Positions 38,606-49,916 of a DNA stretch of 50,088 bases are shown one piece after another. The stretch comes from Synechococcales cyanobacterium VAR_4_metabat_354 (GTDB taxonomy: Bacteria > Cyanobacteriota > Cyanobacteriia > Cyanobacteriales > Chamaesiphonaceae): the NCBI GenBank assembly GCA_031414775.1, contig JANOQI010000045.1:1-50088 (forward strand), read 5' to 3'. The notes beneath the pieces are model-generated. The model had not been told where the DNA came from and did not search any database. It worked only from the letters and a program-made list of their open reading frames with translations. The position numbers and the translations under genes are program-made. Within the stretch, counting starts at the first letter, position 1. The number at the start of each line of letters is the position of its first letter.

Positions 38606-40798
38606 CTAGTCTAGCAGTTGGAGCGATCGAGCAGCGATCGCTTCGGCAGTGATGCCATTAAAGGCCATTAATTCACCAGCGGTGGCCGTGGTTTCACCAC
38701 GTTTCCAAGCAAAAGTATCACGGGGGCAGATCGATCGGAGCATTACTGGTTCCAGCATGGCCGGGGCACCGCCGGTAATCCCAATTAAGGCATCGCCACC
38801 CAGCATTGCTTGGAACTTAGCATCAGACAAGAAGCCATCATCTGGTTCACTACAAGTCTGCCAAGCCACATCAGTGGGGCGATACAGACGGCGAGGATTA
38901 ATGATCGAAACAATCTTGCTGCCAATGCCTTGGGCGGCCAATTTCTCGGCGGCAGCGTAAGCCGGAGCCAAAGTCATATCACCAATTACAGCTAACACCA
39001 CTGTTTTTTGGCCAGCGGTGGTTTGCAGCACCACTGCGCCATCGGCCAAGCCCTGCCGCGTCTGGTCAAAAGTAGTACGGATCGGTAGCGGCGACTTGCT
39101 GGCCGTAATCACAATTCCCTTATTTTTAGTAGTCAAAGCCCAGTCATAACAGACCTGGATGCTGTTAGCATCCGGCGGAAAGACCGGGAAAACGTTGCCA
39201 TTGCGCATCATCGAAGCAAAGTAAGCTTCGACTTCAGGGCGTTGGTGTGTCCAGCCATTCCGACCCTGTTCTAGTGCCCCAGCAGTGTAGAGGGTAATGG
39301 TGGAAGGTGTCGAACGGCGTAGTTCCGCCATGCCCTGGGTAACAGTTTGCCAAATTGGTAAACCGTTGATGGCAAAGGACTCATAAGAACACCATAATGT
39401 CCTTGCCCCCATTAGGGCGGTGCCAGCCGCCATCCCGGCACAGGCATCTTCACTCAGTGGCTCATAAACCTGACCTTGGGGCGCTTGAAAATATAGATCG
39501 TCTTGGGTGGGGTGAATGATCTTCAGCGCCTGATTAATATTGGCGATTCCCGAGGCTTCGTTGCCGTCAGCATTGGTCACTACAAAGTTGGGATCTTTTT
39601 GGCCGACATAGCCGACTAATTTACCCATCGCCGTCGTGGAAACTTTGGCATCGCCGCCTACTGGATATTCTTCCAGAGGCAGAGTACCTAAATCGGGGTT
39701 AGCCAGCATCGACTCGGTAACAGCGACTTGCGCCGCTGCGCCACCACCAGCGCGGAGACAGTTAGTGCGGACTAATTCCCAAGCAGCTGGGGTTAAGGCA
39801 CGATCTTGCAGACCCTTAATAATATCGGCGTTATCGATCGTATGGTGAGCATACAGGTTATGGGATTTGGAACCTTTGGCATGGACACCCGCTCCTTTGA
39901 GCTGCTTGATGATCAAAACAGTGAGCTGACCGCCCAAGGCTGACTTGGCCGCTCGATCGACCGCTGCAATGACAGCCTGAGTAAAGGCCAAGCGTTTTTC
40001 CAAAGAGAAAATAGTACTATCAACATATGCTTCGGGCTGATTTTGGTCGTCAAAATCTTTAGCATCAACCAAAATTACTTCCTCAAAACCATTGCCCTGC
40101 CAGTAAGCCAGCATTTCGGTGTTGGTCTTGGTGGAGACCATGCTGTGGTGTTCTTGGCTGTAGCCATTCCAAACCAAGACTGGTAAAAAATTAGTAACTT
40201 TTGGGTAGGCGGTGTGAAAATGCTGCATCCCACTCATAATGTAGGGTTCGCCTAAGCCCCCATCGCCGATGGTAAAGGGAAAAAGCTTGCCGGGATGCAA
40301 TCTAGCAGCAGCCATCCCAAAATGTTGACCTTGACCCAGGGGACCAGCTGGTGCCAAGATGCCCGGAATGAAGCCAGAAAGGTGACCGATTAAGCCATCT
40401 TTTTCCCGGAATCGATCGCCTAAGTCCTGAACGGTCTTAATCTCCATTTTTTCGAGGGAGGTATCCAGAAACATGGCACTATAGAAACCCGGTGCGTGGT
40501 GACCAACTTCGGTGATGACGTTCTTGTGGCCGAGCATCACTAAAGAAGCGTAGGCTTCGGCTTGGCTAGCGAAGCCACCAGGGTGGCCAGATGCTTTGCT
40601 GGCGCAGGTTTGTAAAGTGAGGTAGCGCAGGGCATCGGCGTAGAGCATCGTTTGGAAAACGGCAGCAGGATCGTTGGCTCCGGTAATGGCCGTGTGGCCG
40701 GTGGCAATCGCTGGGGTATGGCCGTAGGTGTCGAACCCGGGTTGGGTGTCGGCGAAATATTTAATGCCTTCGCAAAATGCTGGGGTGGCGGTTGTCAT
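38606..40798 (-). CDS. Phosphoketolase/transketolase-like TPP-dependent enzyme
   Basis: SGHPGG, GPLGQG, GDGG...N TPP motif, EQGRNGWTHQRP. Confidence 0.88.
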   Translation of the reverse strand: MTTATPAFCEGIKYFADTQPGFDTYGHTPAIATGHTAITGANDPAAVFQTMLYADALRYLTLQTCASKASGHPGGFASQAEAYASLVMLGHKNVITEVGHHAPGFYSAMFLDTSLEKMEIKTVQDLGDRFREKDGLIGHLSGFIPGILAPAGPLGQGQHFGMAAARLHPGKLFPFTIGDGGLGEPYIMSGMQHFHTAYPKVTNFLPVLVWNGYSQEHHSMVSTKTNTEMLAYWQGNGFEEVILVDAKDFDDQNQPEAYVDSTIFSLEKRLAFTQAVIAAVDRAAKSALGGQLTVLIIKQLKGAGVHAKGSKSHNLYAHHTIDNADIIKGLQDRALTPAAWELVRTNCLRAGGGAAAQVAVTESMLANPDLGTLPLEEYPVGGDAKVSTTAMGKLVGYVGQKDPNFVVTNADGNEASGIANINQALKIIHPTQDDLYFQAPQGQVYEPLSEDACAGMAAGTALMGARTLWCSYESFAINGLPIWQTVTQGMAELRRSTPSTITLYTAGALEQGRNGWTHQRPEVEAYFASMMRNGNVFPVFPPDANSIQVCYDWALTTKNKGIVITASKSPLPIRTTFDQTRQGLADGAVVLQTTAGQKTVVLAVIGDMTLAPAYAAAEKLAAQGIGSKIVSIINPRRLYRPTDVAWQTCSEPDDGFLSDAKFQAMLGGDALIGITGGAPAMLEPVMLRSICPRDTFAWKRGETTATAGELMAFNGITAEAIAARSLQLLD

Positions 40799-40886
40799 GT
40801 GATCGATGTCCTGTATAGATGGCGCTAACTCTGAGGGTCATTCTACACTGCTGATAGCTCATCTTATTGCTACGGTTTTTTCTGCT

Positions 40887-41070
40887 ATGAGTAGCACTCT
40901 AAATTCTGAGCAAGAAACGATCGTAGCCAATTTAATTGCCACAGGAAGCTTCAGACTGCTGATGAAGTTCTGCAAGTGGCTTTGCAGCTGTTGGAAACAG
41001 AGCGGCAATCTTATCAATTATGGGTAGCTGAGACTCGCGGCAAGGTGAGAGAGGATTGAATCGCTGCGTT
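40887..41070 (+). pseudogene. ParD-like antitoxin remnant, frameshifted
   Basis: MSSTLNSEQETIVANLIATGSF continues in another frame as QTADEVLQVALQLLETERQSYQLWVAETRGKVRE; no toxin gene follows. Confidence 0.6.
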
Positions 41071-41582
41071 TAAAAATTGTCCTGACTATTGATCTATATG
41101 AACCGTCTAAGGAAATTGTCGAGCGCTCAAATTAGATGAGCACTCATTCGAGTAAAATTGATAAGTATTCAACTATTTTCATCCACTAACTTCAACATTG
41201 ATCGGCTCTTGAGCACCAATAACAAGTGAAGGGTCACTGACATTAAATCCCGCCCTGGTCAAAGTGACATTTCTGAGCGAATAAATAAAAGTCCCAAGGA
41301 GTTGATGACTGGAGAAAGTCATCCTCATTGGCTGGAGCTACTAGGTTTTCAGCGCTTCCAAAGAGCTTAACTACAAAAGCCAATTCGTATTCAGATCATC
41401 ATTGCAGTGATAGTCAAATTTGACGTGCAATGTTACCCAAAAATGGCTCTTTCTGAACCATGCCAATATTTGCGCTTACCACCTTTGGGTGTGGACGTTA
41501 TGGACAAACTAGGGATGAATAGCCACGAATAAAATCACCCTTTCCCCCAACTGGGCAGAGTCTCAGCCCTGGATAAAAACAT

Positions 41583-41608
41583 AAAAACCCCGCCTAGTGC
41601 GGGGTTTT
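41583..41608 (-). terminator. Intrinsic (bidirectional) terminator downstream of tRNA-Phe
   Basis: AAAAACCCCGC-ctagt-GCGGGGTTTT. Confidence 0.85.
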
Positions 41609-41614
41609 AAATAA

Positions 41615-41687
<73 letters not shown>

Positions 41688-41844
41688 TGAACCAAACATT
41701 TAATTTAGCGCCTTTACAATAGTAGCAAAGATGGCCAATCTTGACAAGTCTTTTGTTCAATCAATAATCTTGATGCCTCCTAGACAGAGCGATGAGACCT
41801 AACTCTGGTAGAATTTTGATTGTTTCTATCACCGTCGTCTCTAA

Positions 41845-42882
41845 ATGACAACATCGCGCGCGCGCATCGCCCTAGACGCAATGGGTGGGGATTTTGCCCC
41901 TGCCGCTATCGTCGCCGGAGCGATTAAAGCACAATCTGAATTAGATGTAGAAGTGATCTTAGTTGGCGACACTGCACAGATCGAAGCTTGCTTACAACAA
42001 CAAAATTCTCCTCACAAATTTCAGATCGTAGCCGCTGAGGGTACGATCGAGATGGATGAAGAACCCTTGAGCGCCCTCCGCCGTAAACCGAAAGCCTCTA
42101 TTAATTTGGCGATGAAGCTGATTAAAGATGGTCAGGCGGATGCAGTGGTTTCGGCTGGCCATTCGGGAGCAGCAATGGCCGCTGCCTTATTGCGATTGGG
42201 ACGGCTGAAGGGCATTGAACGTCCAGCGATCGCCGCCATCTTTCCCACCATTATTCCGGATCAGTCCGTACTGATCTTGGATGTAGGAGCCAATGTAGAC
42301 TGCAAACCAAAGTATCTAGAACAGTTCGCGGTGATGGGTTCGATCTATAGCCAGTACGTGTTGGGTGTCGAGAAACCACAAATTGGTCTACTGAATATTG
42401 GAGAGGAAGAATCCAAAGGTAACGATTTGGCACTAGCCACCCATGCCAACCTTGTGAAAAATGTCTTTATCAACTTTGCTGGTAATGCCGAAGGCCGCGA
42501 TGTACTGTCTGGTAGTTTTGATGTGATTGTTTGTGATGGCTTTGTCGGCAATATTCTATTGAAGTTTGCTGAAGCGGTCGGAGGTATTGTAGTACAGATG
42601 CTCAAAGAAGAACTACCTAAAGGTGCTAGAGGAAAGGTGGGAGCCACCATCCTCAAGCCTAATCTCAAGCGATTGAAGCAGCGGATTGATGCCGCTGAGC
42701 ATGGAGGCGCATTGTTGTTGGGAGTAGAAGGGGTTTGTATTATTAGTCATGGTAGTTCGGATGCTTTCTCGATTGCTAACGCTATTCGGGCGGCACAGGC
42801 GGCGATCGATAACCAGGTATTAAGCCATCTTCAAAACCGCACTAAAAAAATGGTGTTGCAGTCGGAAGCCAGCAAAATTTAA
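41845..42882 (+). CDS. plsX: Phosphate acyltransferase PlsX
   Basis: IALDAMGGD, VSAGHSGA, LDVGANVD, LLNIGEEESKGN, CDGFVGN, SHGSS. Confidence 0.97.
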   Translation: MTTSRARIALDAMGGDFAPAAIVAGAIKAQSELDVEVILVGDTAQIEACLQQQNSPHKFQIVAAEGTIEMDEEPLSALRRKPKASINLAMKLIKDGQADAVVSAGHSGAAMAAALLRLGRLKGIERPAIAAIFPTIIPDQSVLILDVGANVDCKPKYLEQFAVMGSIYSQYVLGVEKPQIGLLNIGEEESKGNDLALATHANLVKNVFINFAGNAEGRDVLSGSFDVIVCDGFVGNILLKFAEAVGGIVVQMLKEELPKGARGKVGATILKPNLKRLKQRIDAAEHGGALLLGVEGVCIISHGSSDAFSIANAIRAAQAAIDNQVLSHLQNRTKKMVLQSEASKI

Positions 42883-42910
42883 CTATCAACAGCACGAGTA
42901 GATTTAAGTT

Positions 42911-43903
42911 ATGGGTGTGAAATTTATGGGCTGTGGTGCAGCCGCTCCAGTGGCAGTGGCCAGTAATGACTCTCTGAGTCAGTTTGTGGATACTAGCGAT
43001 GAATGGATTGCTAGCCGCACCGGGATTAGGCAACGGCATTTAGCTCAGGAGCAAGATTCGATCGTTAGTCTGGCCACTTTCGCCGCCCAGCAAGCTCTGG
43101 AAATGGCTAAGCTGGAAGCTGTAGATATTGATTTGATTGTGCTGGCTACTTCCAGCCCCGATGATTTATTTGGTAGCGCTTGCCTGATTCAGGCTAATTT
43201 GGGAGCGGTCAATGCCGTGGCCTTCGACTTGGGGGCAGCTTGTTCCGGGTTTGTATTTGGCGTAGTCACAGCCGCCCAGTTTCTAGAGACGGGGGTTTAT
43301 CGTAATGTTTTGGTGATTGGTGCTGATTTACTCTCGCGTTGGTTGAATTGGGAAGATCGCAATACTTGTGTGTTGTTTGGTGATGGTGCCGGGGCGGTAG
43401 TAATGCAGGCCAACCAGCAGCAAGATTTGTTGGGCTTTGAAATGCGCAGCGATGGTAGTCAAAATCATTGTTTGCATCTGCGTTATGAAAAGGTTATGAA
43501 AGAGCTGAGTGCTGATGTGACTGCTCAACAGGGGCAGTTTAGACCTTTGGCCATGAATGGCAAAGAAGTGTATCGGTTTGCGGTGAATAAGGTGCCGGAG
43601 GCGATCGATAAGGTATTGTTTGCCGCTGGTTTGACTGTCGCCGATCTGGACTGGCTAATTTTGCACCAAGCCAATCAACGAATTATGGAAGCTGTGGCCA
43701 CCCGCATTGGTCTGCCTACCGAAAAAATTGTTAGTAATGTGGCGGACTATGGCAACACATCCGCTGCTTCGATTCCGATCGCTCTTAATGCGGCGGTGCG
43801 TTCTGGCCAAATCAAAGTTGGGGATACGATCGCCACTTCGGGTTTTGGGGCTGGTCTCTCTTGGGGTGCAGCGATATTTCGTTGGGGTAAAGAGTTGCCG
43901 TAA
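42911..43903 (+). CDS. fabH: 3-oxoacyl-ACP synthase III
   Basis: DTSDEWIASRTGI, AACSGF, FGDGAGA, HQANQRI, YGNTSAAS. Confidence 0.97.
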   Translation: MGVKFMGCGAAAPVAVASNDSLSQFVDTSDEWIASRTGIRQRHLAQEQDSIVSLATFAAQQALEMAKLEAVDIDLIVLATSSPDDLFGSACLIQANLGAVNAVAFDLGAACSGFVFGVVTAAQFLETGVYRNVLVIGADLLSRWLNWEDRNTCVLFGDGAGAVVMQANQQQDLLGFEMRSDGSQNHCLHLRYEKVMKELSADVTAQQGQFRPLAMNGKEVYRFAVNKVPEAIDKVLFAAGLTVADLDWLILHQANQRIMEAVATRIGLPTEKIVSNVADYGNTSAASIPIALNAAVRSGQIKVGDTIATSGFGAGLSWGAAIFRWGKELP

Positions 43904-43989
43904 ATACCGATCCATCTTAAATCACCAAAATCTTTACAATGAATCTGTAAAGGTTAATACCTTTCACAACTATCTACCGGCAGACCGCT

Positions 43990-46611
43990 ATGCAACCGAC
44001 TAACCCCCAACAATTTACTGAAAAAGCTTGGCAAGTGATTACTCGCACGCTGGATGTGGCCAAAAGTGCCCAGCAGCAGCAGATGGAGAGCGAGCATTTA
44101 CTGAAGTCTTTGCTAGAACAAGAGGGGTTGGCTACTAATATTTTCACCAAGGCCGGAGTGAATTTGGTTAAGCTGCGGGAAGCTGTTGATAACTACATTC
44201 AACGACAGCCCAAAATTGCTGGGGCAAATAGTTCGGTCTATTTGGGTAAAGCCTTGGATGGTTTGCTCGATCGATCAGATACTTTGCGCCAAGAATATAA
44301 AGATGATTTTATCTCGATCGAACACCTGGTTTTGGCTTTTAGCAAGGACGATCGGATCGGCAAACAGATTTTTACTGATTTTAAGCTGGATGAGGCGAAA
44401 TTAAAAACAGTGGTCAACCAAATTCGCGGTAGTCAAAAAGTTACTGACCAAAACCCGGAAGGGAAGTACGAATCCCTGACCAAATATGGTCGTGATCTGA
44501 CGGAAGCAGCCAAGGCTGGCAAGCTCGACCCGGTAATTGGTCGGGATGAAGAAATCCGCCGCACTATTCAAATATTATCCCGCCGGACTAAGAACAACCC
44601 AGTTTTGATTGGGGAACCGGGTGTCGGTAAAACGGCCATTGCTGAGGGCCTAGCCCAGCGGATTGTCAGTGGGGATGTGCCAGAGTCTTTACGCGATCGA
44701 CAGCTCATTTCTCTGGATATGGGGGCTTTAATTGCCGGGGCTAAATATCGGGGCGAGTTTGAAGAACGTCTCAAATCAGTGTTGAAGGAAGTGGCTGATT
44801 CGGCGGGCAACATTGTGTTGTTTATTGACGAAATCCATACGGTAGTAGGCGCAGGAGCTACCCAGGGAGCGATGGATGCTGGTAATTTGCTGAAGCCGAT
44901 GATGGCGCGGGGCGAGCTACGCTGTATTGGAGCAACGACCCTCGATGAGTATCGCAAATATATTGAAAAGGATGCAGCACTAGAACGCCGCTTTCAACAG
45001 GTCTATGTGGATCAGCCTAGCGTGGAAGATGCCATTTCGATTCTGCGCGGCCTGAAGGAACGCTATGAATTGCACCATGGTGTCAAGATTTCAGATGATG
45101 CCCTGGTAGCAGCGGCTTCGCTTTCTAGTCGTTACATCAGCGATCGGTTTTTGCCAGATAAAGCGATCGATCTCGTCGATGAAGCTGCCGCCAAACTAAA
45201 AATGGAAATCACTTCCAAACCCGAAGAATTAGACGAGATCGATCGGAAGATTCTTCAGTTGGAAATGGAACGGCTCTCGGTCAATAAAGACGCTTCCAGC
45301 GGTTCTAAGGATCGGCTCCAGCGGATTGAAGGCGAACTAGAAAATCTGAAAATAGATCAATCTGGCTTAAATAGTCAATGGAAATCTGAAAAAGATATTA
45401 TTACTCAGATCCAAACTGTCAAAGAAGAGATCGATCGAGTCAGCATCGAAGTTCAGCAAGCTGAGCGGGATTACGATCTGAGTCGGGCAGCAGAACTGAA
45501 ATATGGCAAGCTGACCGAACTACACAAGCAGCTAGATGCAGCGGAAGAAACCCTGACTACTTCCCAAACCACAGGCAAATCACTACTGCGCGAAGAAGTT
45601 ACCGAATCGGATATTGCCGAAATTATTTCTAAATGGACCGGGATTCCCCTGTCCAAGCTGGTAGAAAGCGAGCGGGAAAAACTCTTGCATCTTGAAGACG
45701 AACTACACCGCCGGGTGATTGGCCAAGAAGAAGCCGTGACGGCGGTAGCCGAAGCGATTCAGCGATCGCGGGCTGGCTTGGCTGATCCCAATCGTCCGAT
45801 CGCTAGCTTTATTTTCTTAGGTCCTACTGGGGTGGGGAAGACCGAGTTAGCCAAAACCTTGGCTTCCTATTTATTTGATAGCGAAGATGCCATGATTCGG
45901 ATTGACATGTCCGAATATATGGAAAAACATGCCGTTTCGCGACTGATCGGTGCACCGCCCGGCTATGTGGGTTACGAAGAAGGCGGCCAGTTAACCGAAG
46001 TAGTACGCCGCCGTCCCTACTCGATTATTCTGTTTGATGAAATTGAAAAAGCCCACGCTGACGTTTTCAATGTGATGCTCCAAATCTTGGATGATGGCCG
46101 AGTAACTGATTCGCAGGGACGGACGATCGACTTCAAAAATACCGTAATTATCATGACCAGCAACATTGGTTCCCAGTATATTCTGGAGCTAGCTGGTGAT
46201 GATAGTCGTTACGAAGAAATGCAGGGGCAGGTGATGGAATTGTTGGGACAGAGTTTTCGGCCAGAGTTCTTAAACCGGATTGATGACACGATCATTTTTC
46301 ATAGTTTGCAGAAGAGTCAACTACGCGGCATCATTCAGATTCAGGTGCAACGGTTGATCAAGCGGTTGGCAGAACGCAAAGTCGGACTATCATTGTCGGA
46401 TAAAGCCATTGGCTTCATTGCTGATGTTGGCTACGACCCGCTCTATGGTGCGCGTCCGATCAAACGGGCGATTCAGCGGGAGCTAGAGACTACGATCGCC
46501 AAAGGTATTCTACGGGGTGATTTTAAGGAAGGAGATATGATATCGGTCGATGTGGCTGGCGATAAATTGAGTTTTAAAACTAAAGCTATTCCAGTCGCCG
46601 CCCAATCATAA
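43990..46611 (+). CDS. clpB: ATP-dependent chaperone ClpB
   Basis: 873 aa; two AAA modules ([16 protein letters not shown]) and a long middle domain (AAELKYGKL). Confidence 0.97.
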   Translation: MQPTNPQQFTEKAWQVITRTLDVAKSAQQQQMESEHLLKSLLEQEGLATNIFTKAGVNLVKLREAVDNYIQRQPKIAGANSSVYLGKALDGLLDRSDTLRQEYKDDFISIEHLVLAFSKDDRIGKQIFTDFKLDEAKLKTVVNQIRGSQKVTDQNPEGKYESLTKYGRDLTEAAKAGKLDPVIGRDEEIRRTIQILSRRTKNNPVLIGEPGVGKTAIAEGLAQRIVSGDVPESLRDRQLISLDMGALIAGAKYRGEFEERLKSVLKEVADSAGNIVLFIDEIHTVVGAGATQGAMDAGNLLKPMMARGELRCIGATTLDEYRKYIEKDAALERRFQQVYVDQPSVEDAISILRGLKERYELHHGVKISDDALVAAASLSSRYISDRFLPDKAIDLVDEAAAKLKMEITSKPEELDEIDRKILQLEMERLSVNKDASSGSKDRLQRIEGELENLKIDQSGLNSQWKSEKDIITQIQTVKEEIDRVSIEVQQAERDYDLSRAAELKYGKLTELHKQLDAAEETLTTSQTTGKSLLREEVTESDIAEIISKWTGIPLSKLVESEREKLLHLEDELHRRVIGQEEAVTAVAEAIQRSRAGLADPNRPIASFIFLGPTGVGKTELAKTLASYLFDSEDAMIRIDMSEYMEKHAVSRLIGAPPGYVGYEEGGQLTEVVRRRPYSIILFDEIEKAHADVFNVMLQILDDGRVTDSQGRTIDFKNTVIIMTSNIGSQYILELAGDDSRYEEMQGQVMELLGQSFRPEFLNRIDDTIIFHSLQKSQLRGIIQIQVQRLIKRLAERKVGLSLSDKAIGFIADVGYDPLYGARPIKRAIQRELETTIAKGILRGDFKEGDMISVDVAGDKLSFKTKAIPVAAQS

Positions 46612-46731
46612 ATTTTCTGACTTATATGTTTCTGGGACGCTTTTTAATCTTCGATCCATAATAATGTGCCTAGTTTGCTAGTTGCTAGAATAACCTCATA
46701 CAATTAAGATGTAGTCCAATCGGAGCTAAAT

Positions 46732-46956
46732 ATGCAAGTGTCTTTAGCAGAAGCTGCCGCTAGCCTGAGCGATTTAGTTCAAGCTGCAATCAATGGAGAA
46801 GAGGTGATTTTACTCAATGGAGATCGACCTGCAATTAAATTCACACCAATAGAATCGATAAAACCAGATCGGAAGCCAGGTAGTGCAAAAGGACTAATCT
46901 GGATGTCAGATGATTTTGATGAGCCACTAGAAGAGTTTAAGGAGTATCTGGAGTGA
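46732..46956 (+). CDS. Antitoxin, Phd/YefM-like with DUF2281-type tail
   Basis: LSDLVQAAINGEEV and GSAKGLIWMSDDFDEPLEEFKEY. Confidence 0.85.
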   Translation: MQVSLAEAAASLSDLVQAAINGEEVILLNGDRPAIKFTPIESIKPDRKPGSAKGLIWMSDDFDEPLEEFKEYLE

Positions 46957-47342
46957 GGGTTTGGATTGATACTCATATTTTTATTTGGTATCTTCAAAAC
47001 AGTGAGAAATTGCCCAGTTCTATAGCTATACTTATCAATGATTCTAGAAATAATGTTCTATTGAGTATTGCCAGCGTTTGGGAAATGGCGGTTAAGCAAA
47101 GTACTGGCAAACTTAATATTGGTGTTCCTTATGCAAATTTCATTGAGGAACAGATGAGAATTAATAATATAGAACTATTACCTATCATGTTGGAGCATCT
47201 TGAGACAGTCACGACTCTGCCATTTCATCATCGTGATCCGTTTGACCGCTTGTTGATTTCTCAGGCAATTATCGAAGATATTGTAATTGTCAGTGTTGAC
47301 AGTGTATTTTCTCTCTATCCAGTTCAAAGGATCTGGGAATAG
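46953..47342 (+). CDS. vapC: VapC/PIN-domain toxin
   Basis: IDTHIFIW, SIASVWE, HRDPFDRLLISQA; GTGA overlap with the antitoxin. Confidence 0.9.
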   Translation: MRVWIDTHIFIWYLQNSEKLPSSIAILINDSRNNVLLSIASVWEMAVKQSTGKLNIGVPYANFIEEQMRINNIELLPIMLEHLETVTTLPFHHRDPFDRLLISQAIIEDIVIVSVDSVFSLYPVQRIWE

Positions 47343-47357
47343 ATATTCCGCAACGCC

Positions 47358-47488
47358 GCTATTGGCTTCATCGCTGATGTCGGCTACAGCTCTAAGGTGC
47401 GCGTCCGAATCAAACGGGCGATTCAGCGGGAGCTAGAGACTACGATCGCCAATTCAGGTCGCGGCTCCAGCATAAATTTTCTGACTTA
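47358..47488 (+). repeat. Degenerate direct duplication of the clpB 3' end
   Basis: Matches 46405-46502 (47409-47452 is identical to 46459-46502, 44 bp), then about 46588-46624 including cataaattttctgactta. Confidence 0.9.
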
Positions 47489-47496
47489 AATATTGC

Positions 47497-48189
47497 ATGA
47501 GAATATTACTGGTTGAAGATGAACCGGATTTAGGCAAAGCCATCCAGAAAGTACTGACTCGCGAAGGTTATATAGTGGACTGGGCGGAAGACGGAGATGA
47601 AGGCTGGGAATGCTTAGAATCTAATTTTGTCCGGTACGACATCGCCATTTTAGATTGGATGCTACCTGGCAGGTCAGGTGTTGAACTTTGTCAAAAAGCA
47701 GTGAAACTTCCTGCCCCACCCCGAGTGTTAATGCTCACGGCTAGAGGTGATCTCATTGATCGAGTGACCGGGTTGGATGCTGGTGCGGATGATTACTTGC
47801 CCAAACCCTTTCGGATGCAAGAGCTATTAGCCAGGATTCGATCGATCCAGCGACGCATTAACCCCATCACGGCAGATACTAAACTCCAGGCTGGTCAGTT
47901 GCTGCTGAGCTATCAGTTATTATCGATCTCCTTAACTATTAATCCTGATCTACAACTTCTGCTGACTTGGAAAGAATTTCAGCTGTTAGAATATTTGATG
48001 GGTAATAAAAACCAAACCCTTACTCATCAACAAATCATCGATCGATTGTGGTCAGATGGCCAAATCCTCGGCGATAAAGCATTAATAGCTCAGGTTAAAC
48101 TCTTGCGGAAAAAGTTGACAGAATTAGGCGGTCAAGAAACCATTGAAAGTGTCTATGGCACTGGCTACCGACTAGTTACTCATGATTAA
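47497..48189 (+). CDS. rppA: OmpR-family response regulator (RppA-like)
   Basis: MRILLVEDEPDLG, LDWMLPG, GLDAGADDYL, AQVKLLRKKL, IESVYGTGY. Confidence 0.8.
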   Translation: MRILLVEDEPDLGKAIQKVLTREGYIVDWAEDGDEGWECLESNFVRYDIAILDWMLPGRSGVELCQKAVKLPAPPRVLMLTARGDLIDRVTGLDAGADDYLPKPFRMQELLARIRSIQRRINPITADTKLQAGQLLLSYQLLSISLTINPDLQLLLTWKEFQLLEYLMGNKNQTLTHQQIIDRLWSDGQILGDKALIAQVKLLRKKLTELGGQETIESVYGTGYRLVTHD

Positions 48190-49582
48190 CACCTACTTGT
48201 TTCAGAGCACTCGTCTTAAATTAGCGGGTTGGTACGCAACTGGGATGGGAATTGTATTGAGTGTTGTGGGTAGCTATGTTTACATAACAGCTAACCAAAG
48301 CTATTGGACAGCAGTTCATCAAGAGTTAGCTTCGGTGGCCGGAACGCTGCATGACAGTTTGGAACCAAAACTAAAAATTCCCGGCGTGGTCGATCCGAGT
48401 ATCAAACAAGAGATATTGATGAATATCTGCATGGTGAATGAAAAATGCCCGGTTATATCGCAGTCCAATCACAACGCATCAGCACCGCAGCATCGCCATA
48501 TCTTGGGCATCAGTAAGCAAGGTGCTTACTACCTACGCTTTTATGACCCCACCCAAAAATTAATTGCTACGGCTGGCCAACAGCCCACTGGTGCTGATGT
48601 GATGGCTGTTGATGGATCAGTGTCGATTTCTGGTCATCATCGATCGGATCGTAATTCTCAAATGTCATTCTATGATGCGGCAGGGATGCACTACCATCGC
48701 TTTGCGGTGGCCATTACCATGAGTAATGGTCGTCCTTGGGGATTTTTGCAGGTGGGCAGATCGATGGAAGAATTTGACGATCGAGCCGCTCAATTGCAAC
48801 TGAGGTTGTTAATCATTCTCCCTGCTATCACTTTATTAGTAGCCTTGATCAGCTGGTGGTTGTCGGGTAAGGCCATGCAGCCGATTTATTCTTCCTATGA
48901 AAAAATGCAGCAATTTACCGCCGATGCGGCTCATGAGTTACGCACCCCGTTGGCGGCTATTTTGGCTACTGTAGAAGCTGCTCAAAGTCCTGATTCGATC
49001 GAAGAAGCCACCGAGGCACTCGATACAGTAGAACGTCAAACAGACCGACTAATTCAATTAGCCGAAGACTTGCTGACGCTATCACGGTTAGATGGTGCGA
49101 ATAGTGACAATGCTATCCAGGAAACTTGTCAGCTCCATATTGTAGTTACTGATTTAATAAAAAACCTGAGCACCCTAAAAATATCAGCAGGCATTGATCT
49201 TCAGGCAATAATTCAAACAGCCGATCCCATCCAAGTAAAGGTTAATTATTCCCAAGCTCATCGTTTACTTACCAACTTAGTAATGAATGCTCTTCAGCAC
49301 ACAGCACCAGGTGGCACAGTCACATTGATACTAACCCAAGTGCAAAACTGGGCTGTTATCCAAGTTAAGGATACGGGTGTGGGCATTGCTCCCCAGGATC
49401 AAACCCACATCTTTGACAGATTTCATCGGGTAAATCAGGCTCGTACTCGCCAAAAAGGCGGAGCCGGACTAGGACTAGCAATTGTGCAAGAAATTGTTCG
49501 ATCGCATCATGGTTCGATCGAAGTACACAGCAAACTTGGTGCTGGCAGCAGTTTCACAGTGAAATTGCCCCTTGCTAGATAG
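48182..49582 (+). CDS. rppB: Sensor histidine kinase (RppB-like)
   Basis: LFQSTRLKLAGWY, VAGTLHDSLE, QQFTADAAHELRTPL, DTGVGI, GAGLGL. Confidence 0.8.
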   Translation: MINTYLFQSTRLKLAGWYATGMGIVLSVVGSYVYITANQSYWTAVHQELASVAGTLHDSLEPKLKIPGVVDPSIKQEILMNICMVNEKCPVISQSNHNASAPQHRHILGISKQGAYYLRFYDPTQKLIATAGQQPTGADVMAVDGSVSISGHHRSDRNSQMSFYDAAGMHYHRFAVAITMSNGRPWGFLQVGRSMEEFDDRAAQLQLRLLIILPAITLLVALISWWLSGKAMQPIYSSYEKMQQFTADAAHELRTPLAAILATVEAAQSPDSIEEATEALDTVERQTDRLIQLAEDLLTLSRLDGANSDNAIQETCQLHIVVTDLIKNLSTLKISAGIDLQAIIQTADPIQVKVNYSQAHRLLTNLVMNALQHTAPGGTVTLILTQVQNWAVIQVKDTGVGIAPQDQTHIFDRFHRVNQARTRQKGGAGLGLAIVQEIVRSHHGSIEVHSKLGAGSSFTVKLPLAR

Positions 49583-49916
49583 TTTTATTTACTAATTTTT
49601 TTAGCTGGCGGCTTTCATTGAGGTTTTACTATTAGTACCTACGATAGCAATGGCAACTAATACAGTAAGCACCGCAGAAAATGATCCTCACACCAACTCG
49701 GTCGCCAGTTAAAAAAATCGCTGCTCCTGCATCGCCGCGCATTGCCCAAGATTTTACGCAAGCAATTGGTTCGGTACCGATCGACTAATCTCAAAGTGCA
49801 GAGATAGCCCGTGCGGTTGAGTCAGATCAATCGGGCGATGGTAAGTAGGAACCAGTTGGCTGGCTAGATATCGATAAGAAAGATGTGGAGACGATCGAAC
49901 TGGGCGTGTAATCGCA

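Noticed and set aside
41845..43903. plsX-fabH not followed by fabD
   Set aside because: Ordinary gene-order variation; no sign of disruption at the fabH-clpB junction.
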